This document shows positions 31,148 to 31,906 of a stretch of 31,906 nt of DNA, piece after piece (position 1 is the first letter of the stretch; each line of letters starts with the position of its first letter). The notes beneath the pieces were generated by a model. It was not told where the DNA came from. It ran no database searches and saw nothing but the letters and a program-made list of their open reading frames with translations. A program made the position numbers and the translations under genes. This DNA comes from a virus (lineage: Duplodnaviria > Caudoviricetes), in IMG/VR virus record IMGVR_UViG_3300020533_000014, positions 1 to 31,906 of that record, one strand, 5' to 3'.

Positions 31148-31906
31148 TGCGGTAACATCTGCTGGAACTGAGCATTCTTGGTCTCAGTCTGCATGGCCTT
31201 CATAATCTGTGCGCCGATCTGCTTGGCGAGGTTCGGGTTGGTTTGGGAAAGGAACTGGATGTGTTGCTGTAAGTGCTGGGTGTAGGCAGCACCGCTATCC
31301 TGAGCCAGCTGCTGTCCACGCTGACCAGCCAACTGCAGTCGATCCATGTGGATCTGAACATGCACCTCGTGATCGTCGGCAGGCTCAACAGCCACAGCAC
31401 CGAAGCCTTGGTCGAGCAACAGATTCTCGCTTCCAGCTTCTTCGGCCTGCATCTGCTTCTTGAGCTGCGGATCGATCAGCATGCGGTTGACAAGGTGGGG
31501 ATCGTCCACCTCCAGCAGATCCTTGCGGAGTTCTGGCTGGTTAATGTACGGATCGTTACGGAGAGTCTGGAACCGCACCAAAGCCTTCTGGTACTGCATC
31601 ACTCGGTTCACACCGTCAGCACTACCCGAAGGTTTGATCTGGTAATCAAAGATGATCGCCTCGGCAGGCACAGCCGAGAACTGGTTCTGGTATTCAAAGA
31701 GAAGCTGGTCGTGGGCGTACTCAACTAGGATTGCATATGCCTGCTTGTAGATTTCGCTCAACGCCAGCCTGAAAAGTTTAATGCGGAGATCTGTGTTCAC
31801 CCCCATCAGCTGTCCGATATTCTGCACCTCGGTAGCCGTGCGGGGCTTGGAGCTTCCGAGTCTTCCCTGCGTCAGGCCAAAGTCGGGCATCGATACCAAG
31901 TACTCG
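31144..31906 (-). CDS. Portal protein, C-terminal part (truncated by window edge)
   Basis: RTATEV motif, DDH-VH...H and Gln-rich tail; the frame is open to the window end. Confidence 0.75.
   Translation of the reverse strand, partial: EYLVSMPDFGLTQGRLGSSKPRTATEVQNIGQLMGVNTDLRIKLFRLALSEIYKQAYAILVEYAHDQLLFEYQNQFSAVPAEAIIFDYQIKPSGSADGVNRVMQYQKALVRFQTLRNDPYINQPELRKDLLEVDDPHLVNRMLIDPQLKKQMQAEEAGSENLLLDQGFGAVAVEPADDHEVHVQIHMDRLQLAGQRGQQLAQDSGAAYTQHLQQHIQFLSQTNPNLAKQIGAQIMKAMQTETKNAQFQQMLPQ

Larger units (their letters stand above)
1..31906. mobile_element. Temperate podovirus-like bacteriophage genome segment
   Basis: Portal, scaffold, capsid, tail adaptor/nozzle, ejection proteins, lysis genes, integrase, repressor and DnaB. 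No tape measure or tail tube gene and no host housekeeping genes. Confidence 0.95.

Noticed and set aside
1-31906. Stop-codon reassignment, tRNA or rRNA genes
   Set aside because: Standard-code genes tile the window densely and use TAA, TAG and TGA as real stops; no cloverleaf or rRNA-like segment was seen in the short gaps.

Overview
This window is most of a temperate, podovirus-like tailed phage genome (about 52% GC by eye), with no host genes. It appears to be in the unintegrated gene order. Almost all genes are on the minus strand. The right arm (9527-31906) carries the portal C-terminus, a fibre plus lysis block, scaffold, major capsid, a free-standing PD-(D/E)XK endonuclease, tail fibre plus gp38-like adhesin, tail adaptor and nozzle, a GNAT-like gene, ejection proteins and a 2551-aa polyvalent protein. 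A small plus-strand lysogeny island (7266-9564) holds an Arc/RHH repressor, tyrosine integrase, a DUF3846-like gene, a candidate attP and a secreted moron. The left arm (1-7172) is early/replication: Xis-like HTH, Rad52/Sak-like annealing protein, exonuclease, SSB-like protein, resolvase, 3D-domain protein, DnaB, DUF5664-like protein and a 2OG-Fe(II) oxygenase. The most striking signal is inside the giant protein. A zincin HELGH protease domain is followed by three enzyme-like modules, each bounded by a repeated S-[T/I]-R-G linker (4 copies, different codons). This suggests an injected, self-processing effector polyprotein. One module is an HhH-GPD glycosylase/lyase-like domain with intact Lys/Asp, and another may be SAM-lyase-like. 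All product calls come from motif recognition by eye; no database searches were run.
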